Part shown: piece after piece, positions 43,485 through 53,513 of the stretch
Layout: every line of letters begins with the position of its first letter
How positions within the stretch are numbered: position 1 is the stretch's first letter
DNA from: an uncultured Actinomycetota bacterium
GTDB lineage: Bacteria; Actinomycetota; Actinomycetes; Frankiales; Frankiaceae
Direction: 5' to 3'
Length of the DNA: 64,000 bases
NCBI GenBank assembly: GCA_963711145.1
Contig: CAVQDA010000010.1
Span: forward strand, 167,030-231,029
Notes under the pieces: generated by a model
The model's input: only the letters and a program-made list of their open reading frames with translations
Told to the model about the DNA's origin: nothing
Database searches by the model: none
Translations under genes and position numbers: made by a program

Positions 43485-43746
43485 CTTACGAACCCGAGTT
43501 GCTGGCTTGGTCGGCGATGAGACGCTCGATGATGGCGGCGAAGTTGGGCGCCGTCGCCGTAGGTCATCAGGGCGGACGAAGGGTCCCGGCGCTACCGAGA
43601 GTCGGTTTGCACTCTTGTGTCCGAGAAAGGCGCAGGGGTGCGATCGGGGCCGCACGTGGCGTGCTTGTTAGCCACTTGTCGGGCGTGCTAGGCATACGCA
43701 GCGACGGGGACGGATCTGCCGTGTCCGCGCCGCCGAGGGGAGTCCC

Positions 43747-44007
43747 ATGTTCGTCTCCGTGATTCATCGAATCCATGATCCTGAAGGCTTTGAGGCGGCT
43801 GAGGCAAAGGCGCTTGAAGCGGGCCTTCCGGCGCATGTCGCGCTGCCGATCCACGCTGCAACCCCCGACCACCGACTCGGAATCTGCATCTGGGAAGGCG
43901 AGTCGTTGGAGGCGGTGCGTGAAGTTGTCGAAGGTGCCGTGGGTGCCTGGAGCTACAACGAGTACTCCGAAATGTCCGTCGACGGACTGACGCCGCAGCT
44001 CGCCTAA
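43747..44007 (+). CDS. small hypothetical protein (86 aa)
   Basis: MFVSVIHRIHDPEGFEAAEAKALEAGLPAHVALPIHAATPDHRLGICIWEG... GAGGGGAG upstream of the ATG. Confidence 0.55.
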   Translation: MFVSVIHRIHDPEGFEAAEAKALEAGLPAHVALPIHAATPDHRLGICIWEGESLEAVREVVEGAVGAWSYNEYSEMSVDGLTPQLA

Positions 44008-44242
44008 CTGACGGCTGGTTTGGTACAGCAGTTCTCGTCCAGGAACTTGGTTACACGGTCCGCCGGGCGAGTGGCCCTCTCACCGTGGACCGCTCGCTCG
44101 ACCACGGTCGAAATTGCGGGCGCAGCGATGGCGTTTCCGGATCATCAGCTAGCGGCCGTCCGGCCGAATGGGAGCCCCGGCGTAAGCGTCCTGGATTGCC
44201 GACTATCGGGCGTTCATGAGTCGCCATGCGGTCAGGGCAAGT

Positions 44243-44290
44243 GACCGACCACGCCGCTGATGCGATCTTGCCGAAGGTCGGTTGTGAGGT
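44243..44290 (+). repeat. accessory-region repeat, copy B
   Basis: ACCGACCACGCCGCTGATGCGATCTTGCCGAAGGTCGGTTGTGAGGT. 27 nt (44253-44279) are identical to copy C. 7-bp stem ACCGACC/GGTCGGT. Confidence 0.6.
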
Positions 44291-44338
44291 TCGACAGCGC
44301 GGCGTGCGGGATGTCGAGGTATCGCCGGATGACCACTA

Positions 44339-45418
44339 TCAACGCGGCGGATCCGCAGGACGGCGGTTCTGTGCGATGACTGCCTGGAGGGCTTCCTGCT
44401 CAGCGTCGGGCGGGTGGCTCGGTTCACTGGGTGGCCGACTGGGGCGTAAGGCGACACCCAGTTCCAGTGCGATGGGATCGTCGGCCGGTAGCCAGGGCTG
44501 GGCGCCGGATTCGTCGAAGGCGCGCCAGCCACGGGCGGTTGCGGTGTTGTGTGCAATCTCGAGAAAGTCGGCGACTGTAGGCGGGACTGGGCCGCTGCGC
44601 CAGGCGATGGACCACGGATAGTGGGGTTGGGTCTCCTGTGGCTGGTATACGGGCAATCCTTCCTGGGCGTATCGCTCGGCGTAGCTGTCGAACTCGAGAA
44701 GTCGCGCGGTTTCGACACTTCGTTGCCACGAAGCGAGGCAGTGGCTGAATGCGCCAGGGGTGCCGAGCCAACGCATTTGCAGTCTCATGTGGCGTTCTAA
44801 CGCGCTGAGGAAGTCTCCGTGGGCGTTATAGAGGCCTGTCGCTGGCGCGTCGCCGAAGACATGCACAGGACTTTCGTAGAAGGACGCCGTCGGCTCGAAA
44901 GCGTCGCCGGGCCGTCCGACCAGTCTCATGGGCTCGAGGCGAAGCAGCGTGTGCGACCAGCCGCCACGGTTTTCCGCGAGCATTGCAGGCGTGACCCGGA
45001 TGATGGCGACGTCGAGCCGGTTGTCCAGCAGCGCTTGGAGCTGGGCGGCACTGTCCATAGCGTGCTGAACAAGCCTCGCCTCCGGGTGTGCGTGCGCAAA
45101 GGCGTCAGCGATGTCGCGGCTGGTGGACAGCTCGAAGATGTGGGCGATCCGCATCTCGGTCGCGTCCGGTGGAGCCTGCATTCGCTCAGCGAGCCGGATC
45201 AGCTCGCGGGCGTCGGCGAGGAACGTATCCCCGCGGGCGGTGAGTTCGACGTGTCGGCTGTCGCGGGTGAAGAGCGGAGCGCGAAGCTGTTCCTCGAGCC
45301 GCTGGATTTGCTTTGAGAGTGCCGGCTGACTTATGAACAGCCGGGCGGCGGCACGTCCGAAGTGCAGCTCTTCGGCGACCGCCACGAAGTAGCGAACCAC
45401 CCGCAGATCTAGGTCCAT
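44339..45418 (-). CDS. LysR-family transcriptional regulator
   Basis: MDLDLRVVRYFVAVAEELHFGRAAARLFISQPALSKQIQRLE wHTH. ATG 45418 lies inside the longer track ORF. Confidence 0.85.
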   Translation of the reverse strand: MDLDLRVVRYFVAVAEELHFGRAAARLFISQPALSKQIQRLEEQLRAPLFTRDSRHVELTARGDTFLADARELIRLAERMQAPPDATEMRIAHIFELSTSRDIADAFAHAHPEARLVQHAMDSAAQLQALLDNRLDVAIIRVTPAMLAENRGGWSHTLLRLEPMRLVGRPGDAFEPTASFYESPVHVFGDAPATGLYNAHGDFLSALERHMRLQMRWLGTPGAFSHCLASWQRSVETARLLEFDSYAERYAQEGLPVYQPQETQPHYPWSIAWRSGPVPPTVADFLEIAHNTATARGWRAFDESGAQPWLPADDPIALELGVALRPSRPPSEPSHPPDAEQEALQAVIAQNRRPADPPR

Positions 45419-45478
45419 GGCCACTCCCTGCGACCGGTTGGGGCGGAGTCGGCGTCTGCCATTGGGTCCCTCTTTAAC

Positions 45479-45497
45479 CGATAACAGCAGGTTATCG
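45479..45497. promoter_or_regulatory. LysR-type T-N11-A box in the divergent promoter region
   Basis: CGATAAC-agcag-GTTATCG, with the embedded TAACAGCAGGTTA as T-N11-A. Confidence 0.5.
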
Positions 45498-45575
45498 ATC
45501 TCACCGCAACGACTCTTGGACGTGAAAGGCGGCTCGTTATTCGCTGACGATGAGCAGAGACGAAAGGCAGCGAAA

Positions 45576-46376
45576 ATGGCCGAGGCGATCCGACCGGTGG
45601 TGTTCATCCACGGTCTGTGGCTACACGCCACGAGCTGGGGTCCGTGGCAGGAGCTCTTCCGCGAGAACGGCTACGACCCGGTCGCGCCGGGATGGCCGAA
45701 CGAGCCCGCTACCGTTGGCGAGGCGCGGCAGCGGCCCGACGTGGTAGCCAATCTCGGAATCGACGAGGTCACCCAGTACTACGCGGACATCATCGCCGCT
45801 CTCGACCAGCCGCCGATCATCATCGGGCACTCATTCGGTGGATTGTTCGCCGAGAAGCTGTTGGGCGAGGGACACGGTGTCGCCGCGGCCGCGATCGATC
45901 CTGCGCAGATCAAGGGCGTGCTACCGCTGCCGCTTGCGCAGCTGCGCTCCGGGCTTCCCGCATTGAGCAACCCAGCCAACCTTCACAAGGCAGTTTCCTT
46001 GACCCGTAAAGAGTTTCGCTTCGGCTTCGGCAACGCGGTCACCGAAGCCGAGTCCGACGGCCTCTACGAAATGTGGACCATTCCCTCGCCGGCCAAGCCG
46101 CTCTTTCAGGCTGCTCTCGCCAACTTCACCTTGCACTCGCCAGCCAAGGTCAACACGGACCGGGCCGACCGCGGGCCGCTGTTGCTCATCTCCGGTACCG
46201 CAGACCACACCGTGCCCGATGTCGTCACCCGTTCGACGCTCAAGCAATACCGCGATTCGTCGGCGGTGACGGAACTCAAGCAGTTCGAAGGCCGGGGTCA
46301 CTCCCTCACGATCGACAGCGGCTGGAAGGAAATCGCCGAGGCGGTCCTGGACTGGCTGCGCAAGAGCGGCCTGTAG
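45576..46376 (+). CDS. alpha/beta hydrolase
   Basis: VVFIHGLW and GHSFGG nucleophile elbow. ATG 45576 chosen. Confidence 0.8.
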   Translation: MAEAIRPVVFIHGLWLHATSWGPWQELFRENGYDPVAPGWPNEPATVGEARQRPDVVANLGIDEVTQYYADIIAALDQPPIIIGHSFGGLFAEKLLGEGHGVAAAAIDPAQIKGVLPLPLAQLRSGLPALSNPANLHKAVSLTRKEFRFGFGNAVTEAESDGLYEMWTIPSPAKPLFQAALANFTLHSPAKVNTDRADRGPLLLISGTADHTVPDVVTRSTLKQYRDSSAVTELKQFEGRGHSLTIDSGWKEIAEAVLDWLRKSGL

Positions 46377-46384
46377 GAGAAGCG

Positions 46385-47170
46385 GTGGAACTCGGTCTCG
46401 AAGGGCGCCGGGCAATCGTCACCGGCGCAAGTAAGGGTATTGGGCTCGCGACGACTCGCCGACTGGTCGGCGAGGGCGTCACTGTCGTGGGCGGGTCGCG
46501 AGAAACGACCCCGGAGTTGGCGCGGCTCGTCGAGACTGGTCACGTCACAGCAGTCTCCGTCGACCTGACCACCAGCACGGGTCCGCAGGATCTCGTGGCC
46601 GCTGCACTGGCCGACGGGCCGGTCGACATCCTCGTCAACAATGCCGGCGCGGTCACGCCGCGGGTCGAGGGCTTCCTCTCCATCTCAGACGAGGACTGGT
46701 GGAAGTCGCTGCAACTGACCTTCCTGTCCGCCGTGCGCACCACGCGCGCCGTCCTGCCACACATGCTGGATCGACAGCGCGGCAGCATCGTCAACACCGC
46801 GTCGGTGAACTCGACGCTGCCCGATCCCCTCGTCATCGACTACTGCGCTGCCAAAGCTGCACTCGCCAATTTCAGCAAGGCACTATCCAAAGAAGTCGGC
46901 CACCAAGGTATCCGGGTGAACGCGGTTGCCCCAGGCCCCGTGTCCACCGGGCTCTGGCTCGGTAGCGGCGGCGTGGCCGCCATCGTTTCCGGCGCCGGAG
47001 GCCCAACTCCCGACGAGGTCGCCCGCACGGCGGTGAAGGACACGGCAACCGGACGTTTCTCCACCCCAGAGGAAGTCGCAGACCTGATCGTCTTCCTCGC
47101 GAGCGACCTCACAGCCAACATCACCGGCGTCGACTACGTCATCGACGGCGGGCTTATCCAAACCATCTGA
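46385..47170 (+). CDS. SDR family oxidoreductase
   Basis: AIVTGASKGIGLA and YCAAKAAL. GTG 46385 lies inside the longer track ORF. Confidence 0.8.
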   Translation: MELGLEGRRAIVTGASKGIGLATTRRLVGEGVTVVGGSRETTPELARLVETGHVTAVSVDLTTSTGPQDLVAAALADGPVDILVNNAGAVTPRVEGFLSISDEDWWKSLQLTFLSAVRTTRAVLPHMLDRQRGSIVNTASVNSTLPDPLVIDYCAAKAALANFSKALSKEVGHQGIRVNAVAPGPVSTGLWLGSGGVAAIVSGAGGPTPDEVARTAVKDTATGRFSTPEEVADLIVFLASDLTANITGVDYVIDGGLIQTI

Positions 47171-47215
47171 CAGAGACCGCTATCGCCGGCGTTGGACAAC
47201 ACCGGCAGGGACGCA

Positions 47216-47262
47216 ACCGACCACAACAGGTAGCCGCTGATGCGATCTTGCCGAAGGTCAGT
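47216..47262 (+). repeat. accessory-region repeat, copy C
   Basis: ACCGACCACaacaggtaGCCGCTGATGCGATCTTGCCGAAGGTC, with an 8-nt insertion relative to copy B. Confidence 0.6.
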
Positions 47263-47553
47263 CGTTCCGTGAGCACCCGCTCACGCCTGGTCGGGTCGCT
47301 TTCGGGAAACTCCTCGACGCCGCCCTGTGCGTGGTCTCCGCGTACGGTGCGTACCTGCTATGGATGGGCCGTCGCGCGGGGCAGATCCTGGGCTTCGCCT
47401 TCGCCGGGATCAGCTTGGTCCGCTGGATGTTGTACATCCCTGCCGACCCCTGGCTGGCGATTCGCGATGGTCGTGGTGGACGGTCTCATCATCTATGGGC
47501 TCGCGAGCAACGACGAATGGTTCGCTACGCGGACTGAGTGGGGAGTTCAGTGA
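47263..47553 (+). pseudogene. C-terminal fragment of a small membrane protein, with a +1 frame break near 47460
   Basis: ...VVSAYGAYLLWMGRRAGQILGFAFAGISLVRWMLYIPADPWLAI then AMVVVDGLIIYGLASNDEWF...* in the +1 frame. It starts directly at repeat copy C. Confidence 0.4.
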
Positions 47554-47996
47554 CCACTAAAGCCGATTTCACCCCGGACGAGTGGACTGCAATTCTGGAA
47601 GGTCCGCCCACGGCGGGAACCATGATCGTGATGGCAGCGAAGGGGGGCATCTTCCGCGAGACGATCGCGATGGCGAAGGCGTACACGGAGGCCCGCTCGC
47701 AGCACGGCGCCAGTGAGTTGCTTGACGAGATCGTGTCGACCAAACCGCACGTCGATCACACGCGTTTTCATTCGTACGAAGAACTCAAGCAGCACGGCGT
47801 CGGCGCGCTGAGAAGCGCGATGGCACTGCTCAGCAGCAAGGCGTCCGAGCAGGAGGTCGACGATTATCGCGGCTTCGTGCTGGGTCTGGCCAAGAAGGTC
47901 GCGGAGGCGCACCGCGAGCACGGTGTCGCGATCAGTCCACCGGAGGAAGATGCCCTGAAAGACATCGAGGGAGCGCTCGCCGCTGCGACCGGCTGA
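47550..47996 (+). CDS. conserved hypothetical protein
   Basis: VTTKADFTPDEWTAILEGPPTAGTMIVMAAKGGIFRE... GTGA overlap with the upstream fragment's stop. The start could also be 47538. Confidence 0.55.
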   Translation: MTTKADFTPDEWTAILEGPPTAGTMIVMAAKGGIFRETIAMAKAYTEARSQHGASELLDEIVSTKPHVDHTRFHSYEELKQHGVGALRSAMALLSSKASEQEVDDYRGFVLGLAKKVAEAHREHGVAISPPEEDALKDIEGALAAATG

Positions 47997-48320
47997 CTGG
48001 ACCCGTTACCGACGATCCAGCGCTCCCGGGCGGCCCGTTGCTCTGTCATGCCGACGTCGGGGCGCCGCGGTTTAGGGCGCCGGAGTCGGGTGCGGTCACG
48101 GGCTCCCGACACCGCCGCCGCGACACCGGCGGATAACCGGCGCGACCGTTGCCGGCTGCTGCAACGCGTTCATGGCAGGCGGAACGGCAGGAATCCGAGC
48201 AGGATCTGCTTCCCGTATGGGACTGCTAGTTATCCCTAGGGTGCCCCGGGGCTGGTGCGCATAGACAGGAGACAAGGGGCTGGCAGAACGGCCAGCCGCA
48301 ATGTCCAGGGAGTCGTTGCC

Positions 48321-48974
48321 ATGAATTCCAAGAAGATGTTCCTGAGCCTTGTCCCGTGGCTGGTGTTCACCGTCGTCATCAACCGGCGAGGCGCGGACGC
48401 GGCCGCGATCGCCGCGCTGGCCGCGGCGGCGCTTTCGCTCGTTTTCCTGGTCAAGGACAGCCAGCAGACCGGCGTGAAGATCATCGACGTCACCGGCGTT
48501 TTAACGTTCGGGGCGCTGGCGTTCGTCGGCTTCTCGGGCGGGCAGTCGGTCACCGACTGGATCGCTGACTACGGCCGGGGCACGGCCGCACTTGTGCTCG
48601 CGGTGATCATGCTCGGATCGGCGATCACGGTTCCGTTCACCGAGCAGTACGCCCGCGAGTCGGTTCCGCGCGAGTATTGGAAGTCGCCGGTGTTCCGCTC
48701 GGTGAACCGCAAGATCAGTGCGCTTTGGGGTGCCGTCGTGACGCTGATAGGGCTCGGTCATCTGCTGGCCGGCGCGATCGACCCGGCGTCAAACCCGGTC
48801 TCGGGGGCTCGTCCCTTCGACCTGTTCCTCAACTGGGGAGTGCCGATCGCGCTCATCTTCCTGGCAGTCAACGCCACGCTGAAGATCAGCAGCGCCGCCG
48901 GTGACGGCGCACCACCCGCACCGGCCGCGCCGACCCAGGGTGCATCCTCGGCGCAGTCCCCAAGCTACCGATGA
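48321..48974 (+). CDS. integral membrane protein (about 6 hydrophobic segments)
   Basis: MNSKKMFLSLVPWLVFTVVI... The stop overlaps the next start (ATGA). Confidence 0.65.
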   Translation: MNSKKMFLSLVPWLVFTVVINRRGADAAAIAALAAAALSLVFLVKDSQQTGVKIIDVTGVLTFGALAFVGFSGGQSVTDWIADYGRGTAALVLAVIMLGSAITVPFTEQYARESVPREYWKSPVFRSVNRKISALWGAVVTLIGLGHLLAGAIDPASNPVSGARPFDLFLNWGVPIALIFLAVNATLKISSAAGDGAPPAPAAPTQGASSAQSPSYR

Positions 48975-50392
48975 ACCGTCTCGAGCCGATCGACCCGGCT
49001 ACTGAGCCGCACCTGCGAGGCGTGTTCGAGCCTCAGGTGCGCGAGGTCGACACTCCCGATCTGATCATCGAAGGCGAGTTGCCGGCCGAGATCGAGGGCA
49101 CCTATATCCGCAACGGGCCTAACCCGCGCTTCAACCCGCTCGGTGACTACCTCTACCCGCTGGACGGCGACGGCATGCTGCACCGGGTGCAGATTCGGGA
49201 CGGCCGCGCCCGCTACACAAACCGGTTCGTTCGTCCGCCAGCGCTCGTCTCCGAAGAAGCGGCGGGACGAGCGCTGTGGCCCGGCATCGCCGGCTTTGGT
49301 TACACCCCGGGCCCGGACCTCGTCGGCCCGCAGCTCGCGCACACCGTCAAGGACCTGCCCGGCATCAACGTCGTCCGCCATGGCGGCCAGCTGCTGGCTC
49401 TCGCGGAATCCAGTCCCCCGTTCCGGATCGCACCAGACATGGCCACCCTCGAACGCGAAACGTTCTGCGGGTCGCTGCCGACCGGGATCACCGCCCACCC
49501 CAAGGTCGATCCCGTGACCGGCGAGATGGTCGTGTTCTGCTACAGCTTGCAGGAGCCGTACCTGACCTGGTCGATTATCGGCCCCGACGGTATCGCCAGC
49601 CGGGCGCAGACCCCGCTCGAGGGAATCGACCGGCCCAGCATGATCCACGATATGGCGCTGACCCCGTCCTACGTCGTGCTCGTACTCGGTCCGTTCTTCT
49701 TCGACATGGCCGCCGCGATATCGACCGGTTCACCGATGTCCTGGGAGCCCGATAAGGGCACCCGTATCGCCCTGATCCCGCGCGACGGCCGACCGGTGCG
49801 ATGGCTGTCAACTGAGCCGTTCTGGCTGTGGCACACCGCCAACGCCTTCGACCGGACCACCGATGATGGCCGGGTGCAAGTCGTGCTCGACTACGTTGAC
49901 TGGACCGCCCCGGGCGGCCTGGTTCGCGGCGTCTCGCCGACCGGATGTCTGGCCCGGTTGACGCTCGACCCGGCGACCGGGTCGGTGACTCGCGAGGTCC
50001 TCGCCGGCCGAGGCATGGAATTCCCGCGCATCGACGACCGGACGCTCACCGCGCCGCACCGCCAGATCGCGACAGCCCTCAAGACCGGCTCGCGCGACCT
50101 GCTACCGGGTGACGCCGACTCCCTCGCCTGGTACGACACCGTTTCGGGTGACCTCGCGCTATGGCCGGCTGGTGATCTCGCCGTCGGTGAGCAGACGTTC
50201 GTGCCGCGGCCGGGCGACCCCGACCCCTCCCACGGCTGGTGGGTCACCTTCGCGACCGACCGGACGGACCTGACGAGCCGGCTGCTGGTACTGCCTGGCG
50301 CTGACCCGTCCGCAGGTCCGATCGCCACGATTTCGCTGCCGCAACGGGTGCCACTCGGACTGCACGGAGCCTGGCTGCCAGTCGAAGAGTGA
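48971..50392 (+). CDS. carotenoid/stilbene-cleaving oxygenase (RPE65/CCO family)
   Basis: Conserved His contexts AHPKVDP, MIHDMALTP, WLWHTANAF and GLHGAWLP, plus the N-terminal GNFAP-like region RGVFEPQ. Confidence 0.85.
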   Translation: MNRLEPIDPATEPHLRGVFEPQVREVDTPDLIIEGELPAEIEGTYIRNGPNPRFNPLGDYLYPLDGDGMLHRVQIRDGRARYTNRFVRPPALVSEEAAGRALWPGIAGFGYTPGPDLVGPQLAHTVKDLPGINVVRHGGQLLALAESSPPFRIAPDMATLERETFCGSLPTGITAHPKVDPVTGEMVVFCYSLQEPYLTWSIIGPDGIASRAQTPLEGIDRPSMIHDMALTPSYVVLVLGPFFFDMAAAISTGSPMSWEPDKGTRIALIPRDGRPVRWLSTEPFWLWHTANAFDRTTDDGRVQVVLDYVDWTAPGGLVRGVSPTGCLARLTLDPATGSVTREVLAGRGMEFPRIDDRTLTAPHRQIATALKTGSRDLLPGDADSLAWYDTVSGDLALWPAGDLAVGEQTFVPRPGDPDPSHGWWVTFATDRTDLTSRLLVLPGADPSAGPIATISLPQRVPLGLHGAWLPVEE

Positions 50393-50399
50393 CTGGCAG

Positions 50400-53138
50400 T
50401 CACGCCGACACGACGCTGATCCCGAAGGCCTGCGGATTCTTGCGGGCCAGCTCGCTGAGCTGGTGCCGGGACGTGACACCAGCCTTGCCGTAGATGTGGC
50501 TGAGGTGGTAGCCGACGGTGCTCTGGGTAATGAACAATTCGCGCGAGATCTGGGCGTAGCTCATCCCGGTGACGAGCAGGGTCAGGACGTCTTGTTCGCG
50601 CTCGGTCAGCGCGACCCCGCCGGCAAGGGTCGGTGCGGGCGCGGTCGGTGCAGCCGACTCCGATCGGATGGCCCGGATCCGCTCGCGATACGGCACCGCC
50701 CCGAGCTCGTCGTAGATCTCCTCGGCGCGACGCAGCGAGACGTCTGCAGCCGGTGAACCGAGCAGAAAGGCCAGCCGAGCGTGATCGGTTAGCAGGTGTG
50801 CCCGGTAGAACGGCAGGTCGAAGTCGGCGGCGAGCGCGGATGTCAGGTGCGTGAGCGCAGCCCGCCCGTTCCCCCGCGCCTCGGCGATCAGCCCGCGAAA
50901 CCACGAGACGGCTGCTGGGGTCCACGGCGCCGCGGGCACGATCTGGGCTAGCCGGGCAACTGCGGCGTCGGCGTCATCGACTCGCTTCGCCCACAGCAGC
51001 GCCGGCACGTAGTTCAGCAGCAAGATCGGGCTGGCGCGGCTGATGTCGGTTACCTCGAACGGCGTCCCGCGCAGGCCAGCCAGTGCGGTGGCCTTCTCGG
51101 CAGCGGACCCGGCCGCGTGGACCCGGACGAGCAAGGTACCGAGCAACAGCTGACAGGCTTCCCACCATGGGGACTCGGTCAGCAGCTCACGGGTCCGGGC
51201 GATCATCGCGTCAGCCTCGGCGAAGCGGCCCTGGCCGATATCGACCAGCGGCGCCAGCGCGGCGGTCATCTGGTGGATGAATTGGCCACGGCGGTCGAGC
51301 TGACCACCGATGTCGAGCGCCTGGCGGATGCTGACCCGCGCCCGTCCCCAATCGCCGGCAAGCCAGTGCACCAACCCGAAGTAGGCGTGGAAAGAGCCGG
51401 CGCCAAGATCGGTGACCCCGTCGTTGATACGCCGGGTCGCCTCACCCAGATCGTCGGCCGCCTCCCGAGTCAAGCCTAGCGTCACACGGAGCACTCCCCG
51501 GAAGGCCAGGGCACCGGTGGCCGGCAGCGGCACCGCCGCGGCCGCCGGCAGGGCGGTCAGCTGGGCCAGCACCGGCTCGATGCCGTTGACCTGGATAGCC
51601 GTCTGGCTGCCGGCGACCAGCTCCAGGCCGGACAAGCGGGCGTCCTCTACTTGCACCGACGCGGCCTGCGCGAGGCCGGCCACGATCACCTCGGTTGGCT
51701 GGCCGAGGCACACTCGGGCCCAGACGAGCAGCACCTCGATCCGATACCGCGCTCGGGTCTCGCTCGAAAACAGGGGCGTCGACGCGATCGGCTCGAGATG
51801 CTCGACGGCTTCGCGGTAGCGCCGGCGCCAGATCGCGTTGGTGCCAAGAACAAGAGCCCGCCACAGTGCGTCATCGGCGGCCCGCACGTCATCAAGTTCG
51901 GCTTCGACGATCGAAGCGTCGTAGCAGAGCACCAGCATGTAGACCGATTCGAGCCACCGACGTTGCCGCACCGCCGGGTCGGCGGTCAGCTCGCTGGCCC
52001 AGCGCAGGTGCTGAGCTCCTTGGCGAATGGACCGGTGACCGTAGAGCTCGTTGGCGTAGGCCTCCATCTCCTCGGCGAGCGCCTCGTCGTACTGTTCCGC
52101 CGCGGCCATGCGGTGCTGCAGGGCGACCGGCCGCGATCCGGTCTGTGCGGCCGCGCAGACATGGAGTTCTCGCAGCTGCAGCAGCGGCGTCTGCTGGTAG
52201 ACCGAGGCCCGGATGAGCGCGTGAGTGACCCGCAACCGGGCCGGGCCGTCGACCCTTCGTTGTTCGATCAACCCGCTTTCGTTGAGTTCCTGCGCCAGGA
52301 CGCTCAACTCGCCCGCCCGGTCCATGCCAGCAACGGCCGAGACGAGCGCCAACGAGTTCCACCCTGACCCCAGGACGCTGGCCGCGCGCAGCAGCGTGAG
52401 AGCCCCGGGTGACAGGCGAGCGGTGCGCGTTGCCAGGCTTTGGGCGAAGGCGGCCGGAGCCGGCAGCATGCCCGCCGACGACAGCTCAGGCAGGTCGTTC
52501 TCGGCGAGGACCGCGGTCAGGTAGAGCGGATTTCCCCCGGTGTGCTCGTGGAGCCGGCGCGCGAGATCGTCGGATAGTTGGGGCCATTGCCGCCTGGCCA
52601 ACTCACCGACCTGTTCCTGAGTGAGTCCGTTCAACCCGATGCGCATCACCAGGTCACGTCCGGCGACCCACCGCTGCCAGTCCGGATGAAGCTCCGCCGG
52701 CAGCCGTCGGGTGCCAACAGCGACCATCAACCGGTCACCCGAGGTGCGTCGCAGCAACCAGAGCATCACCTCGACCGACTCCGGGTCGGCCCACTGCAGG
52801 TCGTCGAGCATCAGCAGGACGGGCCCGTCGATCGCCAGGGAGTCGAGCCTTTCCCGCAGTGCCTGAGCCGCCGCCCGCGGCAACGGTTCACCACCATCGG
52901 CCGGCCGCGGCGGATCGACCGCCCACTGGGCCAGCACAGTGAACGGCGTGCGATCGCCTTCGAGGCCGTCCGCCCGCAGCACCCGGAAGTCGCCCGCCAG
53001 GGCAGTCAACTCCGCCAGCAGCGCCGTCTTCCCGAGGCCGGCATCGCCCTCGATCAGCAGCACCACCGGATCACCCGAACGGGCCCGATCCAACGCGAAC
53101 GTCAGCTCATGCAGTTCGGCGTTATCCCAAATCAGCAT
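50400..53138 (-). CDS. LAL-type (large ATP-binding LuxR family) transcriptional regulator
   Basis: MLIWDNAELHELTFALDRARSG..., Walker A GDAGLGKT and a C-terminal LuxR HTH (LTEREQDVLTLLVTGMSYAQISRELFITQSTVGYHL). ATG 53138 lies inside the 1007-aa track ORF. Confidence 0.85.
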   Translation of the reverse strand: MLIWDNAELHELTFALDRARSGDPVVLLIEGDAGLGKTALLAELTALAGDFRVLRADGLEGDRTPFTVLAQWAVDPPRPADGGEPLPRAAAQALRERLDSLAIDGPVLLMLDDLQWADPESVEVMLWLLRRTSGDRLMVAVGTRRLPAELHPDWQRWVAGRDLVMRIGLNGLTQEQVGELARRQWPQLSDDLARRLHEHTGGNPLYLTAVLAENDLPELSSAGMLPAPAAFAQSLATRTARLSPGALTLLRAASVLGSGWNSLALVSAVAGMDRAGELSVLAQELNESGLIEQRRVDGPARLRVTHALIRASVYQQTPLLQLRELHVCAAAQTGSRPVALQHRMAAAEQYDEALAEEMEAYANELYGHRSIRQGAQHLRWASELTADPAVRQRRWLESVYMLVLCYDASIVEAELDDVRAADDALWRALVLGTNAIWRRRYREAVEHLEPIASTPLFSSETRARYRIEVLLVWARVCLGQPTEVIVAGLAQAASVQVEDARLSGLELVAGSQTAIQVNGIEPVLAQLTALPAAAAVPLPATGALAFRGVLRVTLGLTREAADDLGEATRRINDGVTDLGAGSFHAYFGLVHWLAGDWGRARVSIRQALDIGGQLDRRGQFIHQMTAALAPLVDIGQGRFAEADAMIARTRELLTESPWWEACQLLLGTLLVRVHAAGSAAEKATALAGLRGTPFEVTDISRASPILLLNYVPALLWAKRVDDADAAVARLAQIVPAAPWTPAAVSWFRGLIAEARGNGRAALTHLTSALAADFDLPFYRAHLLTDHARLAFLLGSPAADVSLRRAEEIYDELGAVPYRERIRAIRSESAAPTAPAPTLAGGVALTEREQDVLTLLVTGMSYAQISRELFITQSTVGYHLSHIYGKAGVTSRHQLSELARKNPQAFGISVVSA

Positions 53139-53414
53139 CGCGAGCTTCCCGACGACGGTCAGACCAGACGGACGAACACAAGCCCAAAGTCTGCCAGCCC
53201 CGCCCTTTACCGCCTGACGCGCTGGGCGACCGCTAGGGACGTACGTCGCGAACCAGTCGGGAATAGTCAACGGTCGTCGGTACAGGGCCTGCAGGATAAC
53301 CGGCCTCTGGCATTCGCGCCGACAGTCGGTTTCTCCACAACGAGGCGCTGGTGGACGCCGCCCAGGACCCTCTGCAACAACATCAGACAGCGACGTTGCG
53401 ATCTCCGACAAACA

Positions 53415-53460
53415 CCCGACCACGGCTGATGTGACCTTGGCCGATGGTCGCGTTGCCCGA
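53415..53460 (+). repeat. accessory-region repeat, copy D (in the LAL regulator leader)
   Basis: CCCGACCACGGCTGATGTGACCTTGGCCGATGGTCGCGTTGCCCGA with stem CGACCA/TGGTCG. Confidence 0.55.
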
Positions 53461-53513
53461 CCGGGGGCGCGACAACGGCAGTCTGCGCGCTTTGTTGGCT
53501 CAGGGCCGGGCTG

